A DNA stretch of 64,000 nt, from the IMG/VR virus record IMGVR_UViG_3300036719_003654; one strand, 5' to 3'. The stretch comes from an uncultured virus (IMG/VR IMGVR_UViG_3300036719_003654) (taxonomy: Duplodnaviria; Heunggongvirae; Uroviricota; Caudoviricetes). The translations under genes and the position numbers were made by a program. Positions 26,773-37,199 of the stretch are shown one piece after another (the stretch's first letter is position 1; every line of letters begins with the position of its first letter). The notes below the pieces were generated by a model. It was not told where the DNA came from and did not search any database. It saw only the letters and a list, made by a program, of their open reading frames with translations.

Positions 26773-27954
26773 ATGTCCAACCCTACCACACCCGACGCCC
26801 CTGAATCTGTTGATCTCGACATGGGGGGACTCGACGCCGCCCTGGCAACCCTCAACCCGGCAAACCCGCCGCCCGTCGAGGCCGCTCCGGTAACGCCGCC
26901 TGACGCCCCTGCGGACGCTCCGAAGCCTGCCGACGCAAAACCCGCCGACGAGAAGCCCAAGAAAGGTCTCGACGCGCTGCCCGGCGAAGCGGTTGAGGAG
27001 AAAAAGGAGGAAGCCAAGAAGGAAGAGCCTGTTGCCGAACCAGAGGTGGATACCTCCAAATGGGCCAAACCCCAGCAGCAGGCGTTCGCCGCCATGCGTG
27101 CGGAGAAGAAACGCGCCGAAGAAACGGCCCGCGATGCCCAGATCCGCTACGACAAGCTCCAGAAGGAGTATGAAGCATTCAAAGCCACGCCGAAAGACAG
27201 CGAGGAGACTGCCAAAAAGCTCGCAGAACTGGAAACGTGGAAGCGTGCTCACGATTTGAAGAGCACTCCTGAGTGGGTGTCTGCCGTGGACACTCCCATC
27301 CAGCAAAGCCTTAGCCTGTTGGAGCGTATCGCCGGGCACGCCAAAATCGACGCCAAGGCGCTGATCGACGCCACGGACGAACCTATCCAGTTCGAGCGCA
27401 TTCTTGCCATCCGCGAAGTCTTCGAGGCGGCGGAAGAGCCGGTACCCGACACCCTCATCACCGCTGCCGTCAACGAGGCCGACAAGCTGCACCCGCTCTA
27501 CGAGAAAGCGGCGAAGATGGAGAAGGAGGCCGAACAAACCCTCAACAGTCTCAACCATCAGACCGAGCAGCAGAAAGCCGCCGCCGCCAAGGCGGAGGAA
27601 GCCGCCTACCTTAAGCACCACGACCACATTTATGACCAGATGGTGAAGAAGCTGCCGTCGATCTTCAACAATCCCGAGGTCGCCGAGGAGATCAAGTCCG
27701 CTCGCCCGGCCACCGATCCAGCCGACAAGGCGTTCCAAGCCCAAGCCGCCGCCGCGCTTCCCACCATCGTCAAGGAACTCTTTGCCGTCCGTGAAGAGGT
27801 GAAGAAGGAGCGTGCCGCCAAGCTCGCCCTGCTTAACACCCGTCCCGGCGTCAAGCCTTCCAGCACTCCTGTCCAGAAACCCGCCAGCCCGGAAGACGTG
27901 GAACTTGATGAAGAAGGGCTTACCGCCGCCCTGCGCGGGTTGAGGGCGCAATAA
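26773..27954 (+). CDS. Capsid scaffolding protein (putative)
   Basis: Pro/Ala/Glu/Lys-rich coiled coil immediately before the capsid gene. Confidence 0.75.
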   Translation: MSNPTTPDAPESVDLDMGGLDAALATLNPANPPPVEAAPVTPPDAPADAPKPADAKPADEKPKKGLDALPGEAVEEKKEEAKKEEPVAEPEVDTSKWAKPQQQAFAAMRAEKKRAEETARDAQIRYDKLQKEYEAFKATPKDSEETAKKLAELETWKRAHDLKSTPEWVSAVDTPIQQSLSLLERIAGHAKIDAKALIDATDEPIQFERILAIREVFEAAEEPVPDTLITAAVNEADKLHPLYEKAAKMEKEAEQTLNSLNHQTEQQKAAAAKAEEAAYLKHHDHIYDQMVKKLPSIFNNPEVAEEIKSARPATDPADKAFQAQAAAALPTIVKELFAVREEVKKERAAKLALLNTRPGVKPSSTPVQKPASPEDVELDEEGLTAALRGLRAQ

Positions 27955-27960
27955 TTCTGT

Positions 27961-27989
27961 TTGACATCCACATGCAGAGTGTATAGTGT
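27961..27989 (+). promoter_or_regulatory. Capsid gene promoter
   Basis: TTGACA-N17-TAGTGT. Confidence 0.6.
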
Positions 27990-28152
27990 TTGTCATTGAA
28001 GCGTAAAATCGCCTGACCTTCACAGGCATTTAGTAAACTGGAGCGTAAACACGCAGGCACCTCCCCTGACTCAAGCAACTCGCCTTGCTTTCGTCATCGG
28101 GATAATAACGGTCACGTTGAGCAGGCCAACACCCTCAACTTACCCTACCGTT

Positions 28153-29331
28153 ATGCCTGCCGACGCTATCAACCAGTACTTCATCTCCGACGCCTCCCGT
28201 ATTCAAGGCAAGATCGACAAGGTCATGCGCGTGAAAGGTCGTCTCTCCCCCCTTCTCAAGAAGGATGTCCTGCCCGATGGCATGGGCTTCAACTTCTCCA
28301 CCGTCATCACCAAACGCTCTGTGGGCGTCGGCGGTGGTTGGGTCGCTGTTGCCACTCCAGACGGTTCCGGCAACAACTGCGTTCCGACCCCCACGGTCGT
28401 TTCTCCTGCTCGTACGCAGATCAGCTACTCTGCCTCGCAGACGGTGCAGTTCTCGGAAGACATCTGCTTCCGCGACCTTGCTGCCGCCTACGACGCCCGC
28501 GATCAGCTTGCCACCGACCGCGACAACTTCGTCGCGAACGTCGTGGACCTGTGGGACATCCAGGACAAGCTCCAGTTCACCTACTGGGCCGGTCACAAGA
28601 TCATCTTCAACGGCTCGCTCACGGAGACGACCAACGGCACCACGATGCCCGCGACCATCGCCACCAGCACGATCAACCAAGGTCTCCTGGACGTGCTCTA
28701 CAACCGTGCGACCCAGGACGCCGCTGGTGAAGAGTCCGCCTACGCCAAACGTCAAGGCGCTCCGATCCTGCCGCTGATCCTCTCCCAACAGGCGCACCGC
28801 ACCCTCATCAAGGGCGACGACAGCATCCGCGACGACTTCCGCTGGGCTGACTCCGGCAAAGGCGACGGTGCTGTCCTGCTCCAGAGCTGGGGCATCGACC
28901 GTGAGTACGGCGGTTTCCACCACATCATCGACCAACGTATGCCCCGCTGGGACTTCGTGAACGGTGCCTGGGTGGAACGTCCGTTCTACTCCAGCACCGC
29001 CACCACCATCGGTGAAGCTGCTGACGTTTCTGCCGCTTACACCGCCGCCGAGTTTGAAGACCTCTACATCTTCAGCCCGGACGTGATGACCCGTCAGGTG
29101 CCGAAGCCCTCGACCTCCTTTGGTTCCGGCTCCAGCGCCAAGGCGATCAGCTTCAACGGTGAAGTCGTGTGGCTCAACATCCCCGACAAGGAACTCAATC
29201 CGTTCAGCGACATCGGCTTCTTCGCCGCCCGTCTGTATGCGGCTTGGAAGCCCCGCAAGGTGCAATACGGCTACGTCGTCCGCTTCAAGCGTTGCCCGAA
29301 CGTCGCCACGACTGACTGCCCCGCCTATTGA
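28153..29331 (+). CDS. Major capsid protein (putative)
   Basis: 392 aa, strong codon bias, follows the scaffold, with its own promoter and terminator. Confidence 0.8.
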   Translation: MPADAINQYFISDASRIQGKIDKVMRVKGRLSPLLKKDVLPDGMGFNFSTVITKRSVGVGGGWVAVATPDGSGNNCVPTPTVVSPARTQISYSASQTVQFSEDICFRDLAAAYDARDQLATDRDNFVANVVDLWDIQDKLQFTYWAGHKIIFNGSLTETTNGTTMPATIATSTINQGLLDVLYNRATQDAAGEESAYAKRQGAPILPLILSQQAHRTLIKGDDSIRDDFRWADSGKGDGAVLLQSWGIDREYGGFHHIIDQRMPRWDFVNGAWVERPFYSSTATTIGEAADVSAAYTAAEFEDLYIFSPDVMTRQVPKPSTSFGSGSSAKAISFNGEVVWLNIPDKELNPFSDIGFFAARLYAAWKPRKVQYGYVVRFKRCPNVATTDCPAY

Positions 29332-29356
29332 TAGCAGGGGTTGACACCTCAATCAT

Positions 29357-29395
29357 GGCGGGGAACCTGTTCACGCAGGCTCCCCGCCTTCTTTT
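29357..29395 (+). terminator. Rho-independent terminator
   Basis: GGCGGGGA...TCCCCGCC followed by TTCTTTT. Confidence 0.8.
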
Positions 29396-29409
29396 CACCC
29401 ACTCCCCTC

Positions 29410-29640
29410 ATGATCACGATCCCTGTCCCCGCCGAGTTTGACACCGCCTCCTACGAGATGGGCGTCCCCATTGAAGTCACCGCTACGGTCATCCTGACCG
29501 ACAAAGGGATGGAGCTTCAAGCCATCGACGGCATGCCCGTCGAGTCCGAAGAAGCTCCTATGGAGGAAGCAGAAGACCTAGAAATGGACGAGGCTGGGCT
29601 TGAACAGGCTCTTGGCCGCGCCCCAATGATGGAGGCATAA
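29410..29640 (+). CDS. Small acidic protein
   Basis: Its tail LEMDEAGLEQAL resembles the scaffold tail VELDEEGLTAAL. Confidence 0.7.
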   Translation: MITIPVPAEFDTASYEMGVPIEVTATVILTDKGMELQAIDGMPVESEEAPMEEAEDLEMDEAGLEQALGRAPMMEA

Positions 29641-29644
29641 CACC

Positions 29645-29776
29645 ATGACGACCACCACAACCACAGGCACCGCCGAGGACGCTGCCGCGCTGGCGGTCAT
29701 CGGAGGCACGGCTTTCGCTGAAACGGAGGTCGGACTGCTCCAGCAAATCCTCGTCGCCATCGCCAACGCACCATGA
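29645..29776 (+). CDS. 43-aa virion-type peptide (not in the ORF track), paralog of the next gene's N-terminus
   Basis: AVIGGTAFAETEVGLLQQILVAIAN versus DLIGGTAIGELRNELLKQILVATAN. Confidence 0.7.
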   Translation: MTTTTTTGTAEDAAALAVIGGTAFAETEVGLLQQILVAIANAP

Positions 29777-30306
29777 CCACCACTACACTTTTTGGCTCTG
29801 ATGAAGCACAAGCCGCCCGCGACCTAATCGGGGGGACGGCTATTGGCGAACTGCGCAACGAACTGCTCAAGCAGATTCTCGTGGCGACGGCTAACCGGGC
29901 GGGCGGTCTGCCGTCTGGCAGCACGATCACCGACATCATCAACCAGATTACCAATCCTGTTGAGTACTCGGTCGGCTACCTTGGCATCCCGCAGAACTCG
30001 AAGAGCGCAGCTTACACCACCGTCTTGACGGATGCCGGGAAGCACATCTACCACCCCGGCGCTGATACCACGGCCCGCACCTGGACGATTGATAGCAATG
30101 CCAATGTTCCCTACCCCATCGGCACCGCGATCACGTTTGTCAATGACACCTCCGCTGGGGTGATCACCATCGCCATCACGAGTGATACTCTTGTCCTTGC
30201 TGGTGCTGGCACCACGGGTTCACGCACGCTTGCCGCCAACGGCATCGCCACGGCGGTCAAAGTAACCTCAACCCGCTGGATGATCTCTGGCACTGGACTC
30301 ACTTAA
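29773..30306 (+). CDS. Fibre/decoration protein
   Basis: GYLGIPQNSKSAAYTTVLTDAGKHI...TRWMISGTGLT. Confidence 0.75.
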   Translation: MTTTTLFGSDEAQAARDLIGGTAIGELRNELLKQILVATANRAGGLPSGSTITDIINQITNPVEYSVGYLGIPQNSKSAAYTTVLTDAGKHIYHPGADTTARTWTIDSNANVPYPIGTAITFVNDTSAGVITIAITSDTLVLAGAGTTGSRTLAANGIATAVKVTSTRWMISGTGLT

Positions 30307-31002
30307 ATGGGCGCGATTCAACAGGTTTTAGCATCCTATCTGAGCGTCCCGCCATTGCCTGCTGGCCTGACGAACCGCTGGACGGCTCCGAGCACGGGCA
30401 GTGATGGGGACTTGATTGCGACGTTGACGGATTCCATCGCGGGCAACAACGGCACGGCAGCGGGTTCGGCACGTCCGACACTCAAGACGGGAGCCAATGG
30501 GCTGAATGGTCGGAACGTGTTGCGGTTTGACGGCGTAGCGAATGGCTACGCTCTCGGCACCGCGATCTCGCCGCAAAACTTTACCTTTGTGGCTGTCTCC
30601 AAAAGAATTGGAACGAATAACATTACTTTTGGTGGCACGGACTTTTACCCGTCTCTGATCACGGCGGTAAATTTGGTCGCTTTTGGAAACAACAGATGTT
30701 TCGGATCGGTCGGCGGTTATTCTGAATCTACAGCCAATCTCGGAACGGGCTGGACGGTTGTGGCCGCAGCTTGGAGCGGTGCCACCCACCAGAATCCCTT
30801 TTATGCCAATGGAGGCTCTCAAACCTTTGGCTCAGTCACTAACTATGGCAATGCAACAGGTTTGAGCCGAATCGGTAAAACTGCACACCTGTTTGGAAAT
30901 TGTGAAATCGCCGACATGCTGCTGTGGCAGCGGGCGCTGACTTCTCAAGAGTTGCTGGACGTTTCTGCCAACCTCAACGCCACCTGGGGAGGGGTTTACT
31001 GA
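30307..31002 (+). CDS. LamG/concanavalin-like protein
   Basis: LNGRNVLRFDG...IADMLLWQRALTSQE. Confidence 0.75.
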   Translation: MGAIQQVLASYLSVPPLPAGLTNRWTAPSTGSDGDLIATLTDSIAGNNGTAAGSARPTLKTGANGLNGRNVLRFDGVANGYALGTAISPQNFTFVAVSKRIGTNNITFGGTDFYPSLITAVNLVAFGNNRCFGSVGGYSESTANLGTGWTVVAAAWSGATHQNPFYANGGSQTFGSVTNYGNATGLSRIGKTAHLFGNCEIADMLLWQRALTSQELLDVSANLNATWGGVY

Positions 31003-31340
31003 TGCCCTACGCCGTCGCCATCCTGGTGACTGACCGCGTGAGCGGCACACCGCCGCAAGTGACGGCTGTGCGCGAATTGCTCGTAACTCACTTTGGCCGC
31101 GAGCCAGAAGTGGCGGCACAGGAGTTTGTGCCTGCGGCCTCGCCAGACGGCCAACTGCCTGCGTCCGCGTGGTGGCTGGCGACGTTGTTCGCCGAGGACA
31201 AGCTGGCACTCGCTCAGCAGATCGCCACGCAATACCCCGGCTCACGCGTGGAACCCTACGACCAGGACACCGAGCCGCTGAAGCCGTGGGACGTGCTCGC
31301 CGAGATGGGGATGCAGCCTCTCAACCATGACGTGCCATGA
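31002..31340 (+). CDS. Hypothetical protein
   Basis: TGATG coupling. Confidence 0.65.
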   Translation: MPYAVAILVTDRVSGTPPQVTAVRELLVTHFGREPEVAAQEFVPAASPDGQLPASAWWLATLFAEDKLALAQQIATQYPGSRVEPYDQDTEPLKPWDVLAEMGMQPLNHDVP

Positions 31341-31874
31341 GTGAATCCACCACGCTATGACATGCAGCTTCCTAAACTCACACCAGAATGGCAGGCGATC
31401 ATTTTCGATGAGTCCCCCGCGCCAATGGCCCTTGTTACTGCTTGCCATCGCTTTGCTCGATGTAACGACGCATATTGTGCCCTGGTTGGTTACTCGCGTT
31501 CTGAACTTCTCTCTCGCACATGGCAGTCTATCACCGCAGGCGAAGACATTGACGGCGATTTACAGGGAGCCGAACACCTTGCCGAGAACGACGACTCCCA
31601 AATCTATACCGTGGAGAAACGCTACCGAACCAAAGCAGGGCCGCTGGTATGGGTTAAGCTCCATGTTCGCGCTGTCTGGCTTGAAGGCCATTTCGAGGGC
31701 TACTACGTCACCGCCCTACCGCTCGACAAGCCAAGCTCTGCCACTCCCAAGTCTGTCGGCATCATCGAGTGGACGAAGAAAAACCCCAAAGACGCAACCA
31801 TTGTTAGCCTTGCAGGAATCCTGCTACTCGGGCGAGATGATTTTGTCGAACTTCTGAAACTTTGGATCAAATAA
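31341..31874 (+). CDS. PAS-domain protein with a C-terminal hydrophobic segment
   Basis: IFDESPAPMALV...CNDAYCALVGYSRSELL...WQSIT...EKRYRTKAGPLVWV; IVSLAGILLLG. Confidence 0.85.
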   Translation: MNPPRYDMQLPKLTPEWQAIIFDESPAPMALVTACHRFARCNDAYCALVGYSRSELLSRTWQSITAGEDIDGDLQGAEHLAENDDSQIYTVEKRYRTKAGPLVWVKLHVRAVWLEGHFEGYYVTALPLDKPSSATPKSVGIIEWTKKNPKDATIVSLAGILLLGRDDFVELLKLWIK

Positions 31875-31875
31875 A

Positions 31876-32337
31876 ATGTGGCCGTTCAAATCCAAGCCCA
31901 AGACTCCGCTTCGCAGCGCCATCGACGGCGCGACGGTTAAGCTACTTCTCGACATCGCCCTACAGGGCCGCAAGCGTGCTGACTATCGGCATCTCGGCCA
32001 GAAGGAGTCTCTGAGCGTCATCACCCGCGCCGACGTGGACAAGGCCAGCCGTAAGGCGTGGATGCCGTGGTTTGCTGGCAAGTGGGAATGCGAGGATCAA
32101 AGCCGCGCTCTCGTCCATGAGGCGCAAAAGATAGCTGCCGCCGAAGGCCGCTCCTGGGCTATTGGCACTCTCCGCGCTCGTGCGCCAAAAGGCTTGGACG
32201 GCTTCCACGTCTATGTGTGGGCTATCGTCCAGACCGAGGGCCGCTTCGGTGGCCGGGACGTTTACTTCTACGACCCTACCGCGCAAAGCTGGGCTAGCGC
32301 CGCAGACCTCCACGAAGTCGATTACACGATGACATGA
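31876..32337 (+). CDS. Transglutaminase/cysteine-protease-like protein
   Basis: Candidate triad WECED, FHVYVW, FYDP. Confidence 0.55.
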   Translation: MWPFKSKPKTPLRSAIDGATVKLLLDIALQGRKRADYRHLGQKESLSVITRADVDKASRKAWMPWFAGKWECEDQSRALVHEAQKIAAAEGRSWAIGTLRARAPKGLDGFHVYVWAIVQTEGRFGGRDVYFYDPTAQSWASAADLHEVDYTMT

Positions 32338-32843
32338 ACACCCCACCTCCCATGCCCTTGATCCGCCCGGTTCGGGATTCGAGCTTTGGCTTTGGCTTCC
32401 TGCCGCGTATTGGACCGCTCAAGAACTGGATTCAAGGTCCGCTCTTTGAGCTGTGCGAGACGCACGACTTCACGGTTTGCAACACGGGCTTTGAGAAGCA
32501 ATACCACATCCCAACGGGATACCAGTTTGACAAGGCCAGCGTGCCCCCTTTGGCGTGGTCGTTCGGATACACGCCTGACGGACTCTGCACCGTCCCGGCC
32601 CTGGAGCATGATTTCCTATGCGACCTGCATAACGGCGGCTCCGCTTGGCTGCGTGAACGCCTTGGAGAGATTCCAACCGCTCCGTCGCCAGCGGTGATTC
32701 ACAAGCATTTCCACCTGTCCCTGCAAGCCTGGGGAACTCGCGGCAGCAAGGCCAAGGTGATGTACACGGGAGTCGATTGGTTCGGCCCTGGCGGCAAAGC
32801 GTGGCCGACGAACTGGTTCAAAAGAAAAACTAAACTGTCATGA
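32334..32843 (+). CDS. DUF1353-like protein
   Basis: IPTGYQFDKASVP...ALEHDFLC. Confidence 0.75.
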   Translation: MNTPPPMPLIRPVRDSSFGFGFLPRIGPLKNWIQGPLFELCETHDFTVCNTGFEKQYHIPTGYQFDKASVPPLAWSFGYTPDGLCTVPALEHDFLCDLHNGGSAWLRERLGEIPTAPSPAVIHKHFHLSLQAWGTRGSKAKVMYTGVDWFGPGGKAWPTNWFKRKTKLS

Positions 32844-33337
32844 GCGCCTTCACCGAAACTCTCGTCACCATCGCTCTCGCTGAAGTCGGCGTCAAAGAGG
32901 TCGGCTCATCCAATCGTGGTCCTCGCGTTGACCAGTATCAACGTGCGACGTGGCTTGAAGAAAAAGATTGGGGCGCGTGGTGCGCTTCCTTCGTCTGCTG
33001 GTCCATTCGCGAGGCGATGAAAGCCCAAGGAGTCAAAGAGACTAAGGGTTTCAGACGCCCACGCACTGCTGGTGCATTCGACTTTGAGCGGTGGTCTCTC
33101 GCCCAAGACGCCACCACCGCAACCCGTAAACCGGCAGGGAAAGACATCCAGCGCGGCGACTTAGTCATCTTCTCCTTCTCTCACATCGGCATCGCTCTCG
33201 GACCTCCTGATAAGCAGGGCATGCTTCAGACCGTGGACGGCAATAGTAACGCCAAAGGCTCCCGTACAGGCGGAATGGTCTGCACACCCGTCCGCCACAT
33301 TGACCTTGTCCGTTCACGCATTCGTTTCACCATCTGA
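32840..33337 (+). CDS. CHAP-domain endolysin
   Basis: AWCASFVCW, GDLVIF, SHIGI, TVDGN. Confidence 0.85.
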   Translation: MSAFTETLVTIALAEVGVKEVGSSNRGPRVDQYQRATWLEEKDWGAWCASFVCWSIREAMKAQGVKETKGFRRPRTAGAFDFERWSLAQDATTATRKPAGKDIQRGDLVIFSFSHIGIALGPPDKQGMLQTVDGNSNAKGSRTGGMVCTPVRHIDLVRSRIRFTI

Positions 33338-33342
33338 CCCTT

Positions 33343-34029
33343 ATGGCTGCCACCGACCTCTACCTCATCCGCAAAAACCAGCAGTGGGTCAAGTACTCCG
33401 CTGTTCTGGATCTCACCGTCACCGGCCAGACTACCCCCTACGGGTCGATCACAGGGGTCGCGAGCACGGATGTTGTGACCATCCCCGGACTCACCGCCAT
33501 CGACGGCATGGGTGTTACGCTCACGAGCCTCACGGGAGGCGCTGGGCTGAGCACGGGCGTCAAATACTACCTCGTCAACTCCTCTGGTTCCACAGCCAAG
33601 CTGGCGACGAGCCAAGGAGGCGCGGCGATCAACTTCACCACGGACATCACAGCCGGGACGCTCTTGGTGTCAATAGACGAGATACTGGTGTGGAGCGGCG
33701 AATACCGCGACATCTTTGCTTCGGCCATCTCAATCTCAGGTTCCACAACAGCGGGGAACACAAGTTCGCCAAGCACTTACAGTGCCCCAGGAACGCTCAG
33801 CTCCGCAGCGTTCGTGTCTTCGCTGTCAGGGACCACGGTGACGAGCACTCTCACCCCCACCGCCGCCGCTCCTCAAAGTGATGAGACAGCACACGAGCCT
33901 CTCCGTCAGACGGCGCTCAAGAGAACCTGCTGGAAGTTCGACTACGGCGCGGCAGCCACTCCGAGGTACGGGTATGCTTTCGTCATGGATGGCGACATCA
34001 TTGCTAACAACCCACCGGAAACCGTGTAA
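33343..34029 (+). CDS. Ser/Thr-rich virion protein
   Basis: GLSTGVKYYLV...KLATSQGGAAINFT beta-rich module. Confidence 0.7.
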   Translation: MAATDLYLIRKNQQWVKYSAVLDLTVTGQTTPYGSITGVASTDVVTIPGLTAIDGMGVTLTSLTGGAGLSTGVKYYLVNSSGSTAKLATSQGGAAINFTTDITAGTLLVSIDEILVWSGEYRDIFASAISISGSTTAGNTSSPSTYSAPGTLSSAAFVSSLSGTTVTSTLTPTAAAPQSDETAHEPLRQTALKRTCWKFDYGAAATPRYGYAFVMDGDIIANNPPETV

Positions 34030-34862
34030 TGCCGCCTCCCGCCAGAGCACCGCAGCAGCCGGTAGGAGATTACTTCAATCTTCTGCCGACACCCAACCCG
34101 AGCGAAGTCATGTTCCGGGTCAAGCAGCCTGGGGCCATCTTCAAGTCCACGCAGATGCCTGCCCTCGGCACGCCTTTTAATCAGTGTGACATTCTTTCGG
34201 TGAAATCAGCAGTGCAGCTTCAGGGTTACGGCAGCTACGTCTATGTCATGTGCCGACGAGACAAAGAGAACATGTGGTTCTACTTCGGCAAGAGTCGCAC
34301 GCAAGCAGAGCGGGACACTCCCTTCCGCACTTACTACACCAAGCAAAACCATCCGTGGGACGCCGTGCTCGAAGACGTGTACCCCGTCCGAAGTGTAAAA
34401 CCCACAACGGACATTCTCAGCGACAACACCAAGATCCCCACTGTGGAGCCGGTGTACCAGATCCGGTACAAATACCGTCCGGCTGTCACCGTGAACAGTT
34501 TAGTTCGTGTTGACCTCTACCTCTCCGAAGTGCCGTGGGATCAGGCAAAGTTTCGTCATGAGCAGCCCATCCCCACCGACGTTCAAGGCAGTTTCGGCGG
34601 GCTAGATGTCAGCTTTCCTCGTTGCCTGCACGGGACCGTGACTTTCCCCGAAGCGTTGGCAGGGGCGCAGGTGGTGTCGGGTGTGGGCATGGTGAACCCG
34701 CCACCGGGGCGTAACCCCTCGAAAATGGTCTTCCCCGCCACCAACTTCACCGACTGGCAACCCTACGTCCTTGACGACGAGCAGGAGCCTGTGGACGGGA
34801 TGTACCTGCGCCAAAAGAAAACCATCCTTCCGCCAACCCAGCCCGAGACGGTAATAACATGA
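34029..34862 (+). CDS. Putative tail protein
   Basis: Coupled ORF in the structural operon. Confidence 0.6.
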   Translation: MPPPARAPQQPVGDYFNLLPTPNPSEVMFRVKQPGAIFKSTQMPALGTPFNQCDILSVKSAVQLQGYGSYVYVMCRRDKENMWFYFGKSRTQAERDTPFRTYYTKQNHPWDAVLEDVYPVRSVKPTTDILSDNTKIPTVEPVYQIRYKYRPAVTVNSLVRVDLYLSEVPWDQAKFRHEQPIPTDVQGSFGGLDVSFPRCLHGTVTFPEALAGAQVVSGVGMVNPPPGRNPSKMVFPATNFTDWQPYVLDDEQEPVDGMYLRQKKTILPPTQPETVIT

Positions 34863-35497
34863 TCACGACTCCTCAAGGCAACTTTGAGTCAGACAGTCCT
34901 TTCCAACGTCGATCTCAGACGGTGGGGATGCCTGACACTCGCGTCCTTCAAGGCAGCACAACGGTTCTCGGGCGGAATGAGTCACCGAAAGTGACGGCGC
35001 AAAACGTGACCGGGCTTCAAGGACCGACCGGGCCTCAAGGGCCGACCGGGACACAAGGACCGACCGGTCCGGGCGGGTCTCAAGGGCCGACCGGGCTTCA
35101 AGGACCGAGCGGGGCTTCAGGGCCGAGCGGGCCTCAAGGTCCGACCGGGACTCAAGGACCGACCGGTCCGGGCGGGTCTCAAGGGCCGACCGGCCCAAAG
35201 GGTAGCTTTGTCGAGACCCCCGCAGGAGTTTTTGAGCTTGCCTGCGCAGAAGGCACCCGCCCATACTTCTTTCACGTTCGCGAAGTGTCGGAGGCGGTGC
35301 CAGTGGAGTTCATGCACACCATCTCAGGGGAGCTTATCCGCTTCCTCTCACATGACGGCAAGCATGAACTGTGTTTGGGTGTTCGCCGAGAGTTTCCTGA
35401 CTGGTTTATGCCAAGGTCTAACCACAACCAGCTAGCCCACTCAGTCAAGTTTTGGAATCAAGAATACCTACCCCCAAGCCAACGAGGACCGACATGA
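34859..35497 (+). CDS. Collagen-like fibre protein
   Basis: About 21 Gly-X-Y triplets (GPT/GPQ) at about 35011-35200. Confidence 0.85.
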   Translation: MITTPQGNFESDSPFQRRSQTVGMPDTRVLQGSTTVLGRNESPKVTAQNVTGLQGPTGPQGPTGTQGPTGPGGSQGPTGLQGPSGASGPSGPQGPTGTQGPTGPGGSQGPTGPKGSFVETPAGVFELACAEGTRPYFFHVREVSEAVPVEFMHTISGELIRFLSHDGKHELCLGVRREFPDWFMPRSNHNQLAHSVKFWNQEYLPPSQRGPT

Positions 35498-36111
35498 CCA
35501 CTTCAACAGGAGACAACGAAAACCCCTACACCGTAGCCATAGTAGCCATGGGGCCGAGTCATCGGGAGTACCTCGACAACTGCTTATCAAAGTCGTCGAG
35601 GCGTCAAGTGGCCGATGAGACGTGGGCGATCAACGCCATGGGGGGAGTCATCCAGCACGACAGGCTCATCTGCATGGACGCGTTGCCGTACTTTGCGAAA
35701 GCCGCCCGGTCAGAGAATCCCGCGCTTGTTGGATACGGCGATTGGCTCTCCAAGCACCCCGGACCCATCTACGCGCAGCGCGTGTACGAGGGGTTCCCCG
35801 GCTCGGTGGAGTACCCTTTGCGGGAAGTCTTGAAGGATTGTGGGTATGCTTATTTTAACAGCACCGTCGCCTATGCGGTCGGCCTTGCCCTTCTGATGCG
35901 AGTCAAGCATCTGAAACTCTACGGTTGCGACTTCACTGCGGGGCAGCATGCGGACGGTCAGACTGGCAGAGCTTGCGTCGAATACTGGCTGGCGGTGGCT
36001 TGCGGGAGGGGCATGAAAGTTACTATCGCCTCCACCTCCACCCTCTGCGACCAAAAGGCGGGGAGACCGTTATACGGCTACTCATTCCCACCAAATTCAG
36101 ATAGACTCTGA
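35494..36111 (+). CDS. Sialyltransferase/MptE-fold-like protein
   Basis: [29 protein letters not shown]. Confidence 0.55.
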   Translation: MTTSTGDNENPYTVAIVAMGPSHREYLDNCLSKSSRRQVADETWAINAMGGVIQHDRLICMDALPYFAKAARSENPALVGYGDWLSKHPGPIYAQRVYEGFPGSVEYPLREVLKDCGYAYFNSTVAYAVGLALLMRVKHLKLYGCDFTAGQHADGQTGRACVEYWLAVACGRGMKVTIASTSTLCDQKAGRPLYGYSFPPNSDRL

Positions 36112-36158
36112 CGCAGAAACCCTTATTCTGGAAACACCCTTTACTCTGACACACTTTT

Positions 36159-37199
36159 ATGGCCTCTGAAGCATTCCTACGTCGTAATCCCCGCTACCGC
36201 GAGGCGGAATGGAAGTCTCGCGGTCCGCGTGAAAAAAAGCCTGAGCCGGGCAGCAATCTCGACACGTTTCATCTTCAGAATCAAGGTTACTCCCGTGACG
36301 AGGCGAAGTATGCGGCAGCCGATCTGAGGGCGCGAGGAACGCGAACCGGGTTTGGCGGCAAGGGAGTAGAACCCAACCGCAACCTATCTCCTCGGGAGCG
36401 TCGCCAACTGGGTCTGGATCGTCGTCCCGGAGAAACCCGCACCCCCTCTGGACCGACAGACGACCAGCGTAAATGGGCGCGGAGTTTCCGTGAGAGTCGG
36501 AGGCCGATCACCACATCCACGAAACCTACATTGCCGCCCACGGGCATATCCGCCGTGGACATGCTAACACCTCAAGTCTCCACTGCCACTCGCGGTCCCG
36601 CACCTGCGATGAACTTCTCCCGTTCGGCACTCGTCGAAGGTGCCAAGCAGACCGGCGATTTCAAAAAAATCCGTGAAGGCTTCAACACTCAGTCTAAGCA
36701 GGCAGGAACCGGCATGCGGATGAACGACCTTGGGGTCGCGACACCCATCTCCAAAACCAAAGTAGGCTCTGACGGACTGACGCCCTACGCCCGCGAAAAG
36801 TTTGGGCCTGCGGTTGAGGACATTCGTGCTCGCCGCGACTTCGCCACCGGCAAGTCCACGACCACTTCGGGCACAACAGGTCTGTCCTCCGGCATCAATG
36901 GCCCGGACGCCGACGAGATGACTCCTGACACCGGAGGTGGCAGACCCATGCAGGCCTCAAACTTCCGCCGCGAAATATCCAGCAAGTATGGCAGCGGCTC
37001 AAACGTCACACGCACTCCCGGTCAGGCCGGTGGCACCATGACCGACCCTCTCACCGGCAAACCTGTTTCTATGACGGGCGCTCTTGCCGACCAATCGGCG
37101 GTGCAGAAGACCAAGGAGCCGGGTAGCACTTCGGGCGACGACTACTACGACCCAAAGAAACTCCGTCAGAGCATGCAGAATCGAAAGGGGAGGGTGTAA
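36159..37199 (+). CDS. Basic low-complexity protein (internal virion candidate)
   Basis: Arg/Gly/Thr-rich, 346 aa. Confidence 0.65.
   Translation: MASEAFLRRNPRYREAEWKSRGPREKKPEPGSNLDTFHLQNQGYSRDEAKYAAADLRARGTRTGFGGKGVEPNRNLSPRERRQLGLDRRPGETRTPSGPTDDQRKWARSFRESRRPITTSTKPTLPPTGISAVDMLTPQVSTATRGPAPAMNFSRSALVEGAKQTGDFKKIREGFNTQSKQAGTGMRMNDLGVATPISKTKVGSDGLTPYAREKFGPAVEDIRARRDFATGKSTTTSGTTGLSSGINGPDADEMTPDTGGGRPMQASNFRREISSKYGSGSNVTRTPGQAGGTMTDPLTGKPVSMTGALADQSAVQKTKEPGSTSGDDYYDPKKLRQSMQNRKGRV

Noticed and set aside
29773..31002. Diversity-generating retroelement target
   Set aside because: No reverse transcriptase or TR/VR pair seen in the window.
35011..35200. Tandem DNA repeats as a mobile or regulatory element
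   Set aside because: They encode ordinary collagen Gly-X-Y triplets.
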